A stretch of DNA of 64,000 bases from contig JANJGN010000009.1 of NCBI GenBank assembly GCA_026770705.1, positions 164,300,001-164,364,000 of the forward strand, read 5' to 3'. The translations under genes and the position numbers were made by a program. Shown piece after piece: positions 62,190 to 64,000 of the stretch (positions within the stretch are counted from its first letter, which is position 1; the number at the start of each line of letters is the position of its first letter). This stretch comes from Isurus oxyrinchus (taxonomy: Eukaryota). The notes beneath the pieces are model-generated. The model made no database searches and was not told where the DNA came from. It saw only the letters and a list, made by a program, of their open reading frames with translations.

Positions 62190-62800
62190 TATCCTTTCAA
62201 GGGATGTGGTCATTACTGGGAAGCAGGGCATTTGTTGCCCATTCCTAATTACCCTTGAGAAGGTGGTGGTAAGCTACTGCAGTCCATGTGGTGTAGGTAC
62301 ACCCATAGTGCTGTTGGGAAGGGACCTTTATGGTTTCAACCCATCAACAATGATGGAATGGTGATATAGTTCCAAATCAGGATGGAATGTGGCTTGAAGG
62401 GGAACTTGTGGGTGGTGGCATTCCCATGTATCAGCTGCCCCTGTCCCTCCAGGTGGTAGAGGTCACATGGTTGGAAGGTGCAGTCAAAGGAGCCTTGGTG
62501 AATTGCTGCAGTGTATCTTGTAGATGGTACACGCTGCTGCTACTGTGCGTCAATGGTGGAGGGACTGAATATTTAAGGTGGTGTTTGGGGTGCCAATCGA
62601 GCAGGCTGCCTTATCCAGGATGTATCAAGTTTCTCGAGCGTTGTAGACTTGTGCCTTGCAAATGGTGGACAGGCTTTGGGGAGTCAGGAGGTGAGTTACT
62701 CACTTCAGAATTTCCAGCCTCTGACCTGCTCTTGTAGCCACAGTATTTATACATGACTGGTCCAGTTCTGACAAATCGTAACCCCCCAGGAAGTTGATAG
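62190..62800 (-). mobile_element. LINE 3' fragment (same tail family as 4660-5235)
   Basis: gcatttgttgcccattcctaattacccttgagaaggtggtgg is the reverse complement of that tail. Confidence 0.7.
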
Positions 62801-63249
62801 TGTTTATGGTTGATAGTAAACAAGGAGAAGAGATCATATTTCAATTAGTTTGAGTTGGATTCAAAGACAGCCTCATAAATGAAAATGCATTTTTCTACCA
62901 TACAACCTCACAGTCCTGTACATTGTATTAGTTTATGTACAGCAATAGTGCCTCAGTAAATATGTAAGATTGATTTCTTTTTGTTTTGCTTTCAATTCTG
63001 GTGTAGGTATCGTTATAACTATATGTGTGCCAAGTCAATTTTGCCAATTTTCAGCCATCAGTCAACTGTATAACTGGATCCTTAAAGATTTGTGGTACTA
63101 GTGAGGAGTCCTGAGTGCATTGGAAATTAAAATGATTCTTCCTTGCCATGAGCATGAATTAGTAAAATTATCCCCATCACTAGTAAAAGCTCAAGAAATA
63201 AGAGTGATCTGCAATGTGATTTCACCTATTATGAGCATCTCAAATGAGT

Positions 63250-63625
63250 GCCACTGCAACAACATAAACTTGCATTTGTATAGCACCTCTAACTCAGTAA
63301 GGCATCCCAATGTGTTTCACAGGGGCTTTATTAAGAAAAATTTGGCTTTGACATAAGCAGATATTGGGGCTGATGACTAAAAGAGGTAGGTTTTAAGAAG
63401 CATCTTAAAGAAGGAAAGAGAGGTAGAGAGGCAGGGAGCCGTAGGGTAGAAATTCCCAGGCAGCCAAAGACATGGCCTCGCCAGTGGTGGAGCAATTAAA
63501 ATGAGGCCAGATTCTTAGGAATGCAGGTATCTCGGGAGGTTATGGGGCTTGAGGAGGTTACTGAGATATGGAGGCATGGAGGTCATGGAGAGATTTGAAG
63601 ACACAGATGAGAATTTAAAAAGTAA
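63250..63625 (-). mobile_element. L2-like LINE 3' fragment
   Basis: PPYLSNLLKPHN.PR.L.S-like remnant on minus plus an L2-type tail. Confidence 0.5.
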
Positions 63626-64000
63626 CCAGAAAAAAACTTGAAGTGACAGAAGTGAATTATTTAAAAGTGTAATTGTTAAGTTATTTTTTGCTACAAGTTT
63701 AATTATAAGCTTTAGAGAAATGTAGCTTTCATACCATACTTTGAGTGCAGTATTTTGCACATCAACCACAATCTAGAGCTACAATAGCTAAACATCCTCA
63801 CCCAAAACCACTCGTAATATTCACCATTACCCTACTTAACAGCAGATCTTCACTGCTTGCAGTGGTAAGACAATTTTGTGATGATATGTGTTGATTGAAA
63901 TGCATTCCCCTGGGTTTCAGCGTGATTCAACATTTATGTAATGAGTGCTACCCTCTACAAAGCTCAGGGGTGACCCAGTGCAAGTCAGACTGGGATTCAT

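Noticed and set aside
63007-63072. Possible acceptor (gtgtag) for gene 2's next exon
   Set aside because: Phase-2 translation is not hydrophobic and lacks the W..LRW TM motif; poor pyrimidine tract.

Overview
Eukaryotic, repeat-dense vertebrate DNA, most likely a cartilaginous fish (shark), inferred from the repeat set: CR1, Penelope, Deu-domain SINEs and Harbinger elements. There is one 156-bp N gap. The only host genes I can support are two tandem + strand paralogues encoding single-IgV receptors of the CD300/CMRF35/pIgR-like family. Gene 1 is complete (exons 23544-23583, 26570-26902, 28053-28101, 34702-34801; 173 aa, Arg in the TM, almost no tail). Gene 2 has exons 54150-54189, 61030-61365 and 61677-61713, and its TM exon was not found in the window. 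Most of the remainder is transposable-element debris: CR1, L2 and RTE LINEs, Penelope elements with hammerhead-ribozyme motifs, Harbinger transposons and MITEs, a Gypsy provirus and SINEs. Notable observations: (1) a ~400-bp inverted duplication brackets the frame-changing stalk exon of gene 1 and could switch it between membrane and soluble forms; (2) the Gypsy RT is replaced by a captured UACA-like host coiled-coil segment; (3) a possible cytoplasmic exon of gene 1 is out of frame by one base; (4) Harbinger insertions share an AAAC-NTW target that coincides with Penelope hammerhead cleavage sites. Most ORFs in the supplied track are spurious or TE-derived.
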